DNA from: an uncultured Bacilli bacterium | Lineage (GTDB): Bacteria; Bacillota_I; Bacilli_A; RFN20; CAG-826 | Length of the DNA stretch: 64,000 nt | Assembly: GCA_944363565.1 (NCBI GenBank) | Contig: CALVUI010000001.1 | Location: 408,075-472,074 of the forward strand | Reading direction: 5' to 3' | Shown: positions 17,079 through 26,830 of the stretch, piece after piece | Numbering within the stretch: position 1 is the first letter of the stretch | Layout of the letters: each line of letters opens with the position of its first letter | Made by a program: the position numbers and the translations under genes | The notes under the pieces: model-generated | Databases searched by the model: none | What the model was told of the DNA's origin: nothing | The model's input: the letters and a program-made list of their open reading frames with translations, nothing else

Positions 17079-19706
17079 CTAGTCACGGACCAAGAGGGCC
17101 GAGTGGGAAGGAAGGTCATAGAGGCCGTCGCTTCTCTTCACGCCCGCCCCGTTATAGGAGGCCAGGATCTCGGTCCCGATCCCCTCCCCGTACTTGGCAT
17201 CTTGGTTCGAGAAGTTGACCAAGACATGGAAGACGTCGTCGCCGAGGATCCGTTGGAAGTTGAGGATGTAGGGGTTGCCGTCCCAGCCGAAGGGAACGAA
17301 GTTCCCGCGGATGAGGGCCGGTTCGCTCCCCTTGGCCTTGGCGAAGGCGGCGAGGGCGTTGTAATGGCTATTGGGGTCTTCCATCTGGGCATAGGCCGGG
17401 GTCACGAGGTCGGAGGCGTTGATTTCGTCGAGCTCCACCCCGACTTCGGCCCCGTTGATCCCATAGTGGGGCCTGGTGGCCTCTTCGTCCCACTTCATCG
17501 GCTGACGGTAATAGAGGTCGGCGTAGTCGCTGTCCTCGTTCTTCCCCTCCGGGAAGTTGCCGCTCATGCCGAGTTCGTCGCCGTAGTAGATCCAGGTCAG
17601 GCCCGGGAGCATCAGCTGGGAAATCTGGACGCAGGTCGCTAATTCGTCGAGACTTTGGTAATTGCTGGCCGTGACCGTCCCCTGGGCCGCGATTCCGTCC
17701 CCGTTGAAGGCATTGGCCGCCACCCGGTTGATGGAACGGGCGATGTCGTGGTTGGAGGTGAAGCTCCCGACGATGGCCGAGTATTCGGCCGAACCGGTCT
17801 TCGGCATCGCCTCCCCGCCCCGGTAGCGGTTGTAGGCGCTCATGGCCTCGCGGAGGTTCCAGTGGCCCCCGTAGGGAACCGAGTGGGTCTTGTTGCCGCC
17901 CAAAGCGGCATCGCTAGAGGCACTATAGGGGGTCCCGCTCACGGTGCTCCCCAGATAGGTGGCAGCCGAGCCCTGGTAGGGGCCGGAAACCCCGTTCCGG
18001 TAGGCTTTGGCGGCCAGACTGGTGAGGTTGAAATAACTATAGAAGTCAAAGAGGGAGTCGAAGCCCTCGTAATAGGGGGCCACGTGGTAGGCATGGCCGT
18101 CGAAGTTCTCCCCGACGATGAAGGCGTTGGGGTACTTGTCCTTGATGGCGGCGTTTAATTCCCGCCAGAAATGGAGGTTCTTGGTCAGGTCGCTGCTGTA
18201 GTTCTCACCAGTGGCCGGGGTATCGATGACGTAGGTGTCGTTTTCGTCATAAGCCACCTCGTCTTCCATGTAGATGTGCTTGACGGCGTCCATCCTGAAG
18301 CCGTCGACCCCGATCTCGCACCAATTGAGGGCGATGGCCTCGACCGCCGCCCTGGTCCCGGTGTAGCTGAAATTGAGTTCGGGCATCGAGGAACCGAACT
18401 TGGCGTAGTAGCTATAGACCCGGTCCCCATAGGGATACCAGCAGTTTTCGATCGTGATGTCTTCCCCGGTCTCGTGGTTGGCCCAGCGGTAATAGCCCCG
18501 CATCGTCTCGTCCAACTGGGCCGAATCGACGAACCACTTGTTCCCGGTCGAGGTGTGGTTGATGACGAGGTCCATGATGACGGCCATGCCCCGGCTATGG
18601 GATTCGTCGAGCAAGAGCTTGTAGTCGGCCATCGCCGTCTTCTCGCTGACCTTGCCGCCGTTCTCGGTCCCGGCCGGCGAGACCTTGCTACCGAACTTCG
18701 GGTCGACGGTCAGGTAGTCGGTGATGTCGTAGCCGTGGTAGGAGTCGCTCAATTGAATCGGGGTAAGCCAGATGACGTCGACCCCGAGGTTCTTGATGTA
18801 GTCGAGATGCTGCACGATCCCGTAGATGTCGCCGAAACCGTCGGCGTCGCTATCGGCGAAGGAGGAAACCATGATCTGGTAACCGGTCCCGGCCCCGTTT
18901 TCGAAGAGCTGGTCGCCCTTTAGGAATTCCGGTGAGGTTTCCTTGATCGGAGCGGTCGTCGAGAAATCGACGTCGTTGTACTTGGCGTTGTTGTAGGTTT
19001 CGTTCTTGCCATCGTCCCCTTCGAAGGGATCCTCGGGTTCGGCGACCGGGGTCTTGGTGACGCTTTGGACCAGGTCCTGGGTCACGAAGGCGTGGTAGGA
19101 GGTGACGCCCCTTTCCTCGTCGACGAGGGCAAAGTCGTCGACGGTGACGTAGAGGTTGCTCCCGTCGTTGGTCCAAAAGCCCGAGCCGGTCCTAGTTTCG
19201 CTTTTGACGATCTGGAGGCCGATCTTTTCTTCCTTGGAGCCGAGTTCGTGGTTGGCCGCGAAGTCGATGCGGTCCCCGCCGATCTTCTTGTCGGCCTCGT
19301 TCCAGCCGCCGTCGTAGTCGCTCTTGGTGAGGTCGATGTCGACATAGACGTAACCGAACTCGTCGATGACGGGATTGCCGGAAGCGGTCTTGAGGTCGTC
19401 GGTCCCCTGGCTCCTCCCCTTCCAGTCGAACTTGACGCCCTGGCCTTCGTTGGGCCGATAAGGCCAGCACCAGACGTCCCAGTCGTTGTAGGACTCGGCG
19501 CTGGCGTCAAAACGCAGGTAATGGTAATAGAAATGGCCTTCCTCGCTGGTCTTGGCGAGGTTTTCCATATAGGCGTCGACCTCGTCCTGGGTATGGGGGC
19601 CGGTATCGACGGAAGTGCTCGATCCCGTCGGCCCGCAGGCCGTGAGGCCCATAGTCAGGACGAAACCCCCGAGCAAGAGGGGCAAACTGGCTTTCGATAT
19701 TTTCAT
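17079..19706 (-). CDS. GH13 alpha-amylase-family glycoside hydrolase, extracellular lipoprotein
   Basis: Signal peptide with lipobox LTAC (MKISKASLPLLLGGFVLTMGLTAC). GH13 regions (LTPIQLSDSYHGYDITDY, GVDGFRMDAVKHI, FIVGENF, FTSNHD). Start chosen at ATG 19706 with AAGGAGG 6 nt upstream. Confidence 0.85.
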   Translation of the reverse strand: MKISKASLPLLLGGFVLTMGLTACGPTGSSTSVDTGPHTQDEVDAYMENLAKTSEEGHFYYHYLRFDASAESYNDWDVWCWPYRPNEGQGVKFDWKGRSQGTDDLKTASGNPVIDEFGYVYVDIDLTKSDYDGGWNEADKKIGGDRIDFAANHELGSKEEKIGLQIVKSETRTGSGFWTNDGSNLYVTVDDFALVDEERGVTSYHAFVTQDLVQSVTKTPVAEPEDPFEGDDGKNETYNNAKYNDVDFSTTAPIKETSPEFLKGDQLFENGAGTGYQIMVSSFADSDADGFGDIYGIVQHLDYIKNLGVDVIWLTPIQLSDSYHGYDITDYLTVDPKFGSKVSPAGTENGGKVSEKTAMADYKLLLDESHSRGMAVIMDLVINHTSTGNKWFVDSAQLDETMRGYYRWANHETGEDITIENCWYPYGDRVYSYYAKFGSSMPELNFSYTGTRAAVEAIALNWCEIGVDGFRMDAVKHIYMEDEVAYDENDTYVIDTPATGENYSSDLTKNLHFWRELNAAIKDKYPNAFIVGENFDGHAYHVAPYYEGFDSLFDFYSYFNLTSLAAKAYRNGVSGPYQGSAATYLGSTVSGTPYSASSDAALGGNKTHSVPYGGHWNLREAMSAYNRYRGGEAMPKTGSAEYSAIVGSFTSNHDIARSINRVAANAFNGDGIAAQGTVTASNYQSLDELATCVQISQLMLPGLTWIYYGDELGMSGNFPEGKNEDSDYADLYYRQPMKWDEEATRPHYGINGAEVGVELDEINASDLVTPAYAQMEDPNSHYNALAAFAKAKGSEPALIRGNFVPFGWDGNPYILNFQRILGDDVFHVLVNFSNQDAKYGEGIGTEILASYNGAGVKRSDGLYDLPSHSALLVRD

Positions 19707-19732
19707 TTTCATCCTCCTTGAAGGCAAAAGAA

Positions 19733-19765
19733 AGGGGGCCGCTAGAAAATCAGCGGACCCCCCTA
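19733..19765 (-). terminator. Hairpin plus U-tract downstream of the surface-protein gene
   Basis: Minus strand GGGGGTCCGCT-gattttct-AGCGGCCCCC followed by TTTCTTTTG. Confidence 0.4.
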
Positions 19766-19775
19766 GAGAACATGG

Positions 19776-21047
19776 TTAGTCCCGGGCTCCGGCCCGACGG
19801 CGTTTGTAGACGGCGGCCACCCCGGCTCCGATGCCGGCGAGGCCGATGAAGAGGCTCCCGGCCAAAACAGCCTTGTCCTGGTCCTCGGTTAGTCCGAGGA
19901 AAGCAGCCGAAGAAGAGGCGAAGTTGCTCTCTTCGACCTTCATGGCGTTGATCTTGTCAAAAGCCGAAACGGTCGCGACCTTGCCTCCGTCATGGTCGGT
20001 ATCCATCGAGGCATAGTCCTTGATCATGGTGTTCCGCAAGACGGATTCGTCGACGTTCTTGAACCAATAATCGTAGAGTTCCTGGGCATTGCCGCTCCCG
20101 TTATCGAGGGACGGCGAGCAGGTGTCGCGGACTTCTAGAACGGCTTCGATCACTCCCCCGTCGGTCTTCAACGAGTTGTCGATGGCACCGGTGGCCACGG
20201 TCTTGCCATTGTCATAGACGTAGTGGATGCCGAGGTTGTCGCCGCTTTGGTAGACGGCACTATCGGTAGCGTTTTCGAAAGCCCCGCTATACTCATCGTA
20301 GGTTTTGATTTGCCAATCTTTCCCAACGGCTTCAACCGGCACGTCGAAAGCGGCCAACCAGTTATTACCGGCCATATCGGAATCGGTGTATTGAGGCCAT
20401 AGACTTGCCCCGATTTCGACATCGGTTCCGGAATCATCCCAATAATGGAAGGTGTGGAACTTTCCCGAGGTCTCGGAATTGCGGCGTTTGACGAAGAAGC
20501 GGAACGTTTCCTCGTCGGCGTTGCGGTCCACGATCGTATATTTCCAAGTGATGTTCGTACCCCAGCCTTGGCAATCGTAACTAGCGACGACCGAGAGGTT
20601 TTCAATTGGAGAAACCACGTAATTAGGCAGGGAAATATCCGCTGATTGGCCATTCCAGCCGTCAACCTTATTGGTAATGATTATATGGTCTGGGAATACG
20701 CCGTCCTTTTTTTCGATTTTGACATCGACGTACGATCCTTCGTCATCGGTTTGGATCGGGAAAGCCGCTAAATTTTCGCCCGTGCTTCCCCAATTGGTCA
20801 GGGAACCTGCGCCATTCTGCCACATATGGATACCGACTCGGCCGTTGAACCAACTAGGTTCCGAAACATAGAGCTTGAATTCAACGTATTGGGAATCCGA
20901 GGCCTCAGCCCCGACGTAGTCGGTGTCCATGTATTCCTGGGCCGCGATCCCGGCCCCGGTGACGGCGGCGCAGGCCATGACCCCCCCGAACAAAGTCAAC
21001 ATCAGTGATTTGTTCATAGTGGCGATCCTCCTTTCCGAAGTGTCCAT
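19776..21047 (-). CDS. Cell-surface protein with a signal peptide, two internal aromatic-rich repeats (putative starch/carbohydrate-binding) and a C-terminal TM anchor
   Basis: N-terminal signal (MNKSLMLTLFGGVMACAAVTG). Repeated W/Y-rich beta-type modules (HMWQNGAGSLTNWGS... / HYWDDSGTDVEIGASLWPQ...). C-terminal hydrophobic helix followed by KRRRAGARD. Confidence 0.5.
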   Translation of the reverse strand: MDTSERRIATMNKSLMLTLFGGVMACAAVTGAGIAAQEYMDTDYVGAEASDSQYVEFKLYVSEPSWFNGRVGIHMWQNGAGSLTNWGSTGENLAAFPIQTDDEGSYVDVKIEKKDGVFPDHIIITNKVDGWNGQSADISLPNYVVSPIENLSVVASYDCQGWGTNITWKYTIVDRNADEETFRFFVKRRNSETSGKFHTFHYWDDSGTDVEIGASLWPQYTDSDMAGNNWLAAFDVPVEAVGKDWQIKTYDEYSGAFENATDSAVYQSGDNLGIHYVYDNGKTVATGAIDNSLKTDGGVIEAVLEVRDTCSPSLDNGSGNAQELYDYWFKNVDESVLRNTMIKDYASMDTDHDGGKVATVSAFDKINAMKVEESNFASSSAAFLGLTEDQDKAVLAGSLFIGLAGIGAGVAAVYKRRRAGARD

Positions 21048-21066
21048 ATGCGGATATACAAAAACG

Positions 21067-21080
21067 TGTAACCGCTTACA
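21067..21080. promoter_or_regulatory. Catabolite-responsive element (cre)-like palindrome TGTAACCGCTTACA
   Basis: Perfect fit to the cre consensus TGWAANCGNTNWCA. It lies 20-50 nt upstream of the surface-protein gene start. Confidence 0.5.
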
Positions 21081-21138
21081 GATGGCAGTATTTTAACCCT
21101 CCGGAAACTTTAATCAAGAGAAGCGCTGGGAAAAGACG

Positions 21139-21164
21139 AAAAAAGAGGGGGCTATAGCCCCCTC
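21139..21164 (-). terminator. Rho-independent terminator after the pullulanase gene
   Basis: Palindrome GAGGGGGC-tata-GCCCCCTC with a minus-strand TTTTTT. Confidence 0.6.
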
Positions 21165-21180
21165 CTTCTTTTTGGAGCAA

Positions 21181-24100
21181 TCAGGAAACGCGCTTGAGGA
21201 GCAGAAGTTCGCTTCTGGCGATCCCGATGATGCCGTTATCGATGTTGAAGGTGGTGTCGGCGGTATGTTTGTCGTTCGAGCTATAGATGACCTCGAGGGT
21301 CCCGTTTCCGATCCCGAGATTCGTCCATGGATTGAGGGTCCGGCCGCCGAGCATCACGTAGTACTCCTCCCCTTCGGGGGCGAAGACGGCCCCGGTCGAG
21401 GTCCGCATGTTGACCCCTTCGCAGAGGTTGCCCCAGACCCAGGCGTGCTGGTCGTCCTTGATGTCGGTCTCGTAGTCCATCCCGAAGACGTGGCCCATCA
21501 TCTCGTTCCTGAGGTGGAAGGCCTCGATGGTCTTGAGGTAGGCCTCGTGATAGGTGACCTTGCGGTCCCACTTGAAGGAGTTGCACTCGTCACCGTAGTT
21601 GTAGGAGTTGCGGACTAACATCGTCCCATCCTCGAGCTTGAAGGCATCGGTATTGCTGGGATCGGTGGACTGGAGGTTTTCGATGACGGCGTAATAGGGA
21701 TCATCGGGCGAAAGGAGCTTCTGGCGGAAGATCTCGTCGCCCCCGTTGAGGAAGGCGATCCCTTGGCTGAGGGCCATGGCGGCGTTGAGGGCCACGGTTC
21801 CCCAGATGGCGTCCTCATTGTCTTCGGCCGAGGCCATCCCCGAGCCCATGCAGAAGTTCATCTGGTCGTAGAGGGTGTAGTTGTCGTGGCAGGCCACGTA
21901 GTTGACGGTCTGGGCCGGGTTGGCGCCCGGGGCCCGTTCGTTGATGCCGAGGAACTGGGCGGCCGCTTCCTTGGCCTTGTCGCCGACGTGCTCGGCCCCC
22001 TGGGTCAGGAAGCCGTAGTCGGGCTTGCCCCCTTCCCACTGGGTATTGCCCTTGAGGGCGTCGCGGCCCCCGTCGTTGAAGCAGCCGACGCTCCCCTTGC
22101 CGTTATCGTAGAGCTTGCTGTAGACGTGGGAGTTGCTGGCCTCTTCTTCGGCCGGTAAACCGGTCCCGTCGGGATTCCCGAAGGCCCCGTTCCAGCCCTC
22201 GCCATAGACGACGATCTGGGGATCGATGTCATAGAGGGCGTCCTTGACCGCCCGCATGGTGGTGACGTCGAGGCAGCCCATGAGGTCGAAGCGGAAGCCC
22301 TTGATGCCGTATTGCTCGGCCCAGAAGCACACCGAATCGACGATGTACTTGCGGACCATGGGACGCTCGGAGGCCGTGACGTTGCCGGTCCCGGAACCGT
22401 CGATGTAGGCCCCTTCGGCGTTCTTGCGGAAGAAGTAGTCGGGAATGACCTTGTTGAAGCAGTTGTTGCCGACGCTGGCCAGGTGGTTGTAGACCACGTC
22501 CATGATGATGCGGATGCCCTTGTCGGCGAAGGCCTTGATGAGGGTCTTGTATTCGAGGATGCGGGCCAAGGGATCGAAGGGATCGCTGCTGTAGCTGCCT
22601 TCCACCACGTTGTAGTTGAGGGGGTTGTAGCCCCAGTTGAAGGTCGGCTCCAAAATGACGTTGCCCTCTTCGTCCTCCACCGTCCTTTCGTCGTTGTCCT
22701 GGTCGAAGACCGGGAGCAACTGGACGGCGTTGACCCCGGTTTCCACGATGTGGTCGAAGCCGGTCTTGACGGTCAATGTCTTCCCTTCTTCCGTGGTCCC
22801 GGTATAGGTGGTGCCACTTTCGGCGAAGGCCAGGTAGGTCCCGGGCTTATTTTCCCCGACCCAGGTTTCGTCCATCGTCAGGTCGCGGATGTGGGCTTCG
22901 TAGACGCTTAGTTCGTTGGGGGCGGAAATCGCGTATTCAGTTTCCAGCGTTTCGATGGCCTCGTCGAAGCCGGCGGGTTCGGCATCCTCGGCCGCCCAGG
23001 CCGCCTCGTCCATGACGTAGCCCCTAAGGCCGTTGATGCCGGCGGCGTGGGCGTAGGGATCGATGGTTTCCTGGCTCCCGGAGGCCGTCGTCACGTAGTA
23101 GGTGTAGTAACGCCTGGTCGGCATGGCCCCGTCGGAGACGTAGGTCCAAACCCCGTTGTCCCCCGGGGTCATTTCCCGGGTCACATGGTTGTTGTAGCCG
23201 TTGACCACCTTCCCGTCCCGGTTGATTTCGGCCGTGGCGCCCACGACGTAGAGGAAGAGCTGGACCCGGCTGGCGGTCGGGGCCCAAAGCTTGTACTGGG
23301 CCTTGCCTTCCTCGTTGATGGTAAAGCCGAGGTCATCGCCCTCGTAGACGTATTCGGTTTGGAACTTCTCGGTGTCGTAGAGGTAGTTGAAGGAAGCCGA
23401 GGCCGACTTGACCTTCGAGGTGTCCTGGGCGAAGGTACATTCGAGGACGTAGTTGACCATCGGGTCGGCGTCTTCCTCAAGGGTAATCGTCAGTTCCTTG
23501 GCGTTCGGGGTACCGCTGGTGATGAGGTAGTCCTCCTTTTCCAAAGGGAAGGCCCCGTCAAGGGAGACGTAGTAGGCATTGTCATAGCCGTAGAGGCGAT
23601 AGGAGGCGATCTTCCCGATGTCTTCTTCCTCGCGCCCTTCTTCCGCCGTCCCGGTCCCGCGGACCGTCAAGGTGTTCCAGGAGGAGAAGTAGGCATCCCC
23701 CACCCGGTCGCCGAGGGCATCATTGCGGGCACTATAGGTATCGATGTTCCCGCCGGTTCCCTGGACGGCGTAGACGGTGATCATTTCCCGTCCCTGCCCG
23801 TCGGTCGTCTTGTTGGAGACGAACTTGTTGAAGGGGACGGCGATGTCCTTGCTTTGCCCGGCCCAGCTCCCGGCTTCCTTGACGATGAAGCTGATGGAAG
23901 CCAGTTCCATCCCCCCGAAGGGGACGGCGGACAGCTCGAGGTCGTAGTAGACCCCGTAGTCGTCGGGCGTCAGCTGGTTGGTGAAGCCGACTTCCCCGAG
24001 GGCGTTGCCGTCGACCCCGGCCGCCCAAATCCAAAGGCGCTTGGTGGCATAGTCGTTTTGGTCGTTGTGGTAGTAGATGCGGACGATCCCACCGAAGGCC

Positions 24101-24264
24101 ACGGGATCGCCGTAGTCGGTGGTCTCGCCGCTCCCTCCGGTCCCGCCTCCCTCGCTAGCCGAGGTGGTTTCCGAGCCGTTTGGATCGTTGGACTGGCTCG
24201 GCCCGCAGCCCGCCATTAGGGGCAAAACGAACAACAAGGGCAACAGCAGTTTCGAAAATTTCAT
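21181..24264 (-). CDS. pulA: Type I pullulanase (GH13), lipoprotein
   Basis: 1027 aa. Lipobox LMAGC. YNWGYNP pullulanase signature, VVYNH, GFRFDLMG, and N-terminal CBM41/48-like regions. AGGAG 6 nt upstream of the start. Confidence 0.85.
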   Translation of the reverse strand: MKFSKLLLPLLFVLPLMAGCGPSQSNDPNGSETTSASEGGGTGGSGETTDYGDPVAFGGIVRIYYHNDQNDYATKRLWIWAAGVDGNALGEVGFTNQLTPDDYGVYYDLELSAVPFGGMELASISFIVKEAGSWAGQSKDIAVPFNKFVSNKTTDGQGREMITVYAVQGTGGNIDTYSARNDALGDRVGDAYFSSWNTLTVRGTGTAEEGREEEDIGKIASYRLYGYDNAYYVSLDGAFPLEKEDYLITSGTPNAKELTITLEEDADPMVNYVLECTFAQDTSKVKSASASFNYLYDTEKFQTEYVYEGDDLGFTINEEGKAQYKLWAPTASRVQLFLYVVGATAEINRDGKVVNGYNNHVTREMTPGDNGVWTYVSDGAMPTRRYYTYYVTTASGSQETIDPYAHAAGINGLRGYVMDEAAWAAEDAEPAGFDEAIETLETEYAISAPNELSVYEAHIRDLTMDETWVGENKPGTYLAFAESGTTYTGTTEEGKTLTVKTGFDHIVETGVNAVQLLPVFDQDNDERTVEDEEGNVILEPTFNWGYNPLNYNVVEGSYSSDPFDPLARILEYKTLIKAFADKGIRIIMDVVYNHLASVGNNCFNKVIPDYFFRKNAEGAYIDGSGTGNVTASERPMVRKYIVDSVCFWAEQYGIKGFRFDLMGCLDVTTMRAVKDALYDIDPQIVVYGEGWNGAFGNPDGTGLPAEEEASNSHVYSKLYDNGKGSVGCFNDGGRDALKGNTQWEGGKPDYGFLTQGAEHVGDKAKEAAAQFLGINERAPGANPAQTVNYVACHDNYTLYDQMNFCMGSGMASAEDNEDAIWGTVALNAAMALSQGIAFLNGGDEIFRQKLLSPDDPYYAVIENLQSTDPSNTDAFKLEDGTMLVRNSYNYGDECNSFKWDRKVTYHEAYLKTIEAFHLRNEMMGHVFGMDYETDIKDDQHAWVWGNLCEGVNMRTSTGAVFAPEGEEYYVMLGGRTLNPWTNLGIGNGTLEVIYSSNDKHTADTTFNIDNGIIGIARSELLLLKRVS

Positions 24265-24286
24265 GTTTTTCTCCTCTAAAAAAGGC

Positions 24287-25909
24287 CTAGGCTTCCAGCA
24301 AAACGGTTGAATAGGCCGGTATTGAAAGGGAAGGCCCGCTTAGCGAGGCCCCTTGGCGCGAGGTTTGGATCTCGGCGGCGATGGAAGAAGGGCCCGGGAG
24401 GGTCACGTCCGAGGTTTCTTCCTTCACGTTGTGGATGAGGTAATAGTCCTTCCCCTCGGCCTCGATCTCAAAGGCCGGGCAATAAAGTCCAAGGGGGAGG
24501 ACCGACCACTCGGAAGACATGGCAAAGGCCTCGGGATGGCTGTTTCGGAGGCTAATGACCATCCGGTAATGGTTGAGAAGGCTATAGGGCTCGGCCAACT
24601 GGTCGTAGGCCCCTTTTGTAACCTGGGTCGAGGAATCGTCGTAGCCCTCGGGATTCTCCGCCCTTTGATGGCCTCTTCCCCAAACCATGGCCAAGCGTCT
24701 AGGAACGTCGTTTCCGTGGCCTCCCTTGCTCCCCCACATGTCGATTTCCTCCCCGTAATACATCCACGGGGTCCCGGGGGTAAGGAGGTACAAAGAAGCC
24801 AGCATCTTCTTGAGGCAGCCTTGGGTTTCGGCCCCTTTGGCGGCGAAGTAACCGTTGCTACGGTCGGTATCGTGGTTGGCGACGAAGAAGGAAAGGCAGG
24901 TTTCGGGACTGGCTTTCTGGCTCCTTTCGACGGCATCGACGACGACGTCGGGTAGATACGAAAGCTGCCCGGTGCTGTTGAGGGCCCCGGCCGGGCCGTT
25001 GCCCTTCATCTCGCTGGTCGGGAAATTGAAGAAATTGAGGCCGCTTGCTTGGTAGGCGGAAATGGTGCTTTGGCCGGTGACCCAAGCTTCCCCGATGACG
25101 TAGCACTCCGGCTTGATGCCCTCGCAAACCCCCTTGAACCAAGTGAGGAACTCGACGTTTCTCGGGGCGCTGCCGTAATAATAATAGATGGCAGCGTCGA
25201 GGCGGAAGCCGTCAACGTCGTGGTCTTCCAGCCAGAATCGGGCGATGTTCGAAAACTCTTCCCGTACCTCGGGGTTGTCGCAGTTGAATTCGGGCATCGA
25301 AACGTCGAAGTTGGCCTCGTAATAAGCACCGGCCGTGGCATTGTAGGCAAAGCCGTTTCCGGAATTTTCGCTCCAGACGTACCAGTCCTTCTTGCTATCT
25401 TCCCCCTCGTTACCGTCCCGGTAGTCCTCGGCGCTTTGGAGGAACCAGGGATTGGTGGACGAAGAATGGTTGAGGACGAGGTCGATGATGATTTCGATGC
25501 CGGCTTCGTGGAGGGTGTCTACGAGGGCATCGAAGTCCTCGAGGGTCCCGTATTCTTGACGGACGCCGTAATAATCGCTGACGTCATAGCCGTGGTAGGA
25601 ATTGGTTGGATAAAAGGGGGTAAGCCATACCCGGCGGATACCGAGGGCCTCCAGGTAGGGGACCTTGTCCTTGATGCCTATGAGGTCGCCTTGTCCGTCG
25701 CTGTTGCCGTCGGCGAAGCTACCGGTGAAGATCTCGTAGCCGACCCCTTCGTAGGGGGCATCGGCTTCTAAAAGGTCGTAGCCGGGGCTGTCGACGATGG
25801 GCTGGGGGCCGCAGGAAGAAAGGGAAGCCGCCAAAAAAACCAAAAGAGCGAGGCAGGTTGCCCTGCCCGCCCCTCTTTTGACGGTCTTCGCGATGTGACC
25901 GAAAACCAT
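24287..25909 (-). CDS. GH13 alpha-amylase-family hydrolase, lipoprotein
   Basis: Lipobox LSSC. GH13 regions (RVWLTPFYPTNSYHGYDVSDYY, GIEIIIDLVLNHSS, GFRLDAAIYY, YVIGEAW). Confidence 0.8.
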   Translation of the reverse strand: MVFGHIAKTVKRGAGRATCLALLVFLAASLSSCGPQPIVDSPGYDLLEADAPYEGVGYEIFTGSFADGNSDGQGDLIGIKDKVPYLEALGIRRVWLTPFYPTNSYHGYDVSDYYGVRQEYGTLEDFDALVDTLHEAGIEIIIDLVLNHSSSTNPWFLQSAEDYRDGNEGEDSKKDWYVWSENSGNGFAYNATAGAYYEANFDVSMPEFNCDNPEVREEFSNIARFWLEDHDVDGFRLDAAIYYYYGSAPRNVEFLTWFKGVCEGIKPECYVIGEAWVTGQSTISAYQASGLNFFNFPTSEMKGNGPAGALNSTGQLSYLPDVVVDAVERSQKASPETCLSFFVANHDTDRSNGYFAAKGAETQGCLKKMLASLYLLTPGTPWMYYGEEIDMWGSKGGHGNDVPRRLAMVWGRGHQRAENPEGYDDSSTQVTKGAYDQLAEPYSLLNHYRMVISLRNSHPEAFAMSSEWSVLPLGLYCPAFEIEAEGKDYYLIHNVKEETSDVTLPGPSSIAAEIQTSRQGASLSGPSLSIPAYSTVLLEA

Positions 25910-25912
25910 TGA

Positions 25913-26830
25913 CTAACCCTTGACGGCGCCGCCGGTAACCCCGGAGACGTAGTAACGCTGCATGCAAAGGAAGACGATGGCGACCGGAATGGCGACGATG
26001 ACGGCTCCGGCGCAGAACTGGCCCCAGTATTTGCCACGCCGTCCGTCCTCGACCGCCAGCATGTTGTTGAGCAAGATGGCGACGGTCCAGTTGGTCTTCT
26101 CGACGTTGGCGCTGCCTAGGACGTAGGAGGCCGTGATGTATTCTCCCCAAGGCGACATGAAGGCCGTGAGGGCGGTATAGACGACGATTGGTTTGCTCAG
26201 CGGCATGATGATCTTATAGAAGATCTGGAACCTCGTTGCCCCGTCGATCATGGCCGCTTCGTCGATCTGCTTGCTGATGGTATCGAAGAAGCCCTTCGAA
26301 ATGTAATAGCCCATGCCGGCCCCGCCGCTATAGATGATGATGAGGGACCAGATGGTCTGGCGGATTCCGATGGTATCCATGAACCAGTACATGATGATGA
26401 GGGAGAGGAAGCCCGGGAACATCCCGAGAATCAGGATGACCCGCATGAACCCGGTCCTCGCCTTGAAGCGGAGACGGCTGAAGGCATAGGCGGTGGCAAG
26501 GGTCATGATGGTCGCGATGACCATGCAGAACAAGGCGATGAGGAGGGTGTTGACGAAAGCTCCGAGGTAGAGCGTCCCGTTTTCCACGTAACCGAAGAAG
26601 TTGTACATGGACGAAGCCGTGCTCCCGTTGATGGAAACGACCGCGTTGGTGGCCAGCCCCGCGTAATTGCCGAACCAAAATTCGGTGGGAATGAAGGAAG
26701 AGGCACCGCCATAGCCCCTGGCCGAGAAGCTTTGGAGGACGAGCCAAACGATGGGCAGCACCCAGATGACGGCCAGGATGGTCAGGATTATGTAGACGAC
26801 GATGTCGCCGATTATTCTTCTTGCTTTCAT
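25913..26830 (-). CDS. Carbohydrate ABC transporter permease (MalG-like)
   Basis: Six TM helices and the EAA loop (AAMIDGATRFQIFYKIIMP). Confidence 0.85.
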   Translation of the reverse strand: MKARRIIGDIVVYIILTILAVIWVLPIVWLVLQSFSARGYGGASSFIPTEFWFGNYAGLATNAVVSINGSTASSMYNFFGYVENGTLYLGAFVNTLLIALFCMVIATIMTLATAYAFSRLRFKARTGFMRVILILGMFPGFLSLIIMYWFMDTIGIRQTIWSLIIIYSGGAGMGYYISKGFFDTISKQIDEAAMIDGATRFQIFYKIIMPLSKPIVVYTALTAFMSPWGEYITASYVLGSANVEKTNWTVAILLNNMLAVEDGRRGKYWGQFCAGAVIVAIPVAIVFLCMQRYYVSGVTGGAVKG

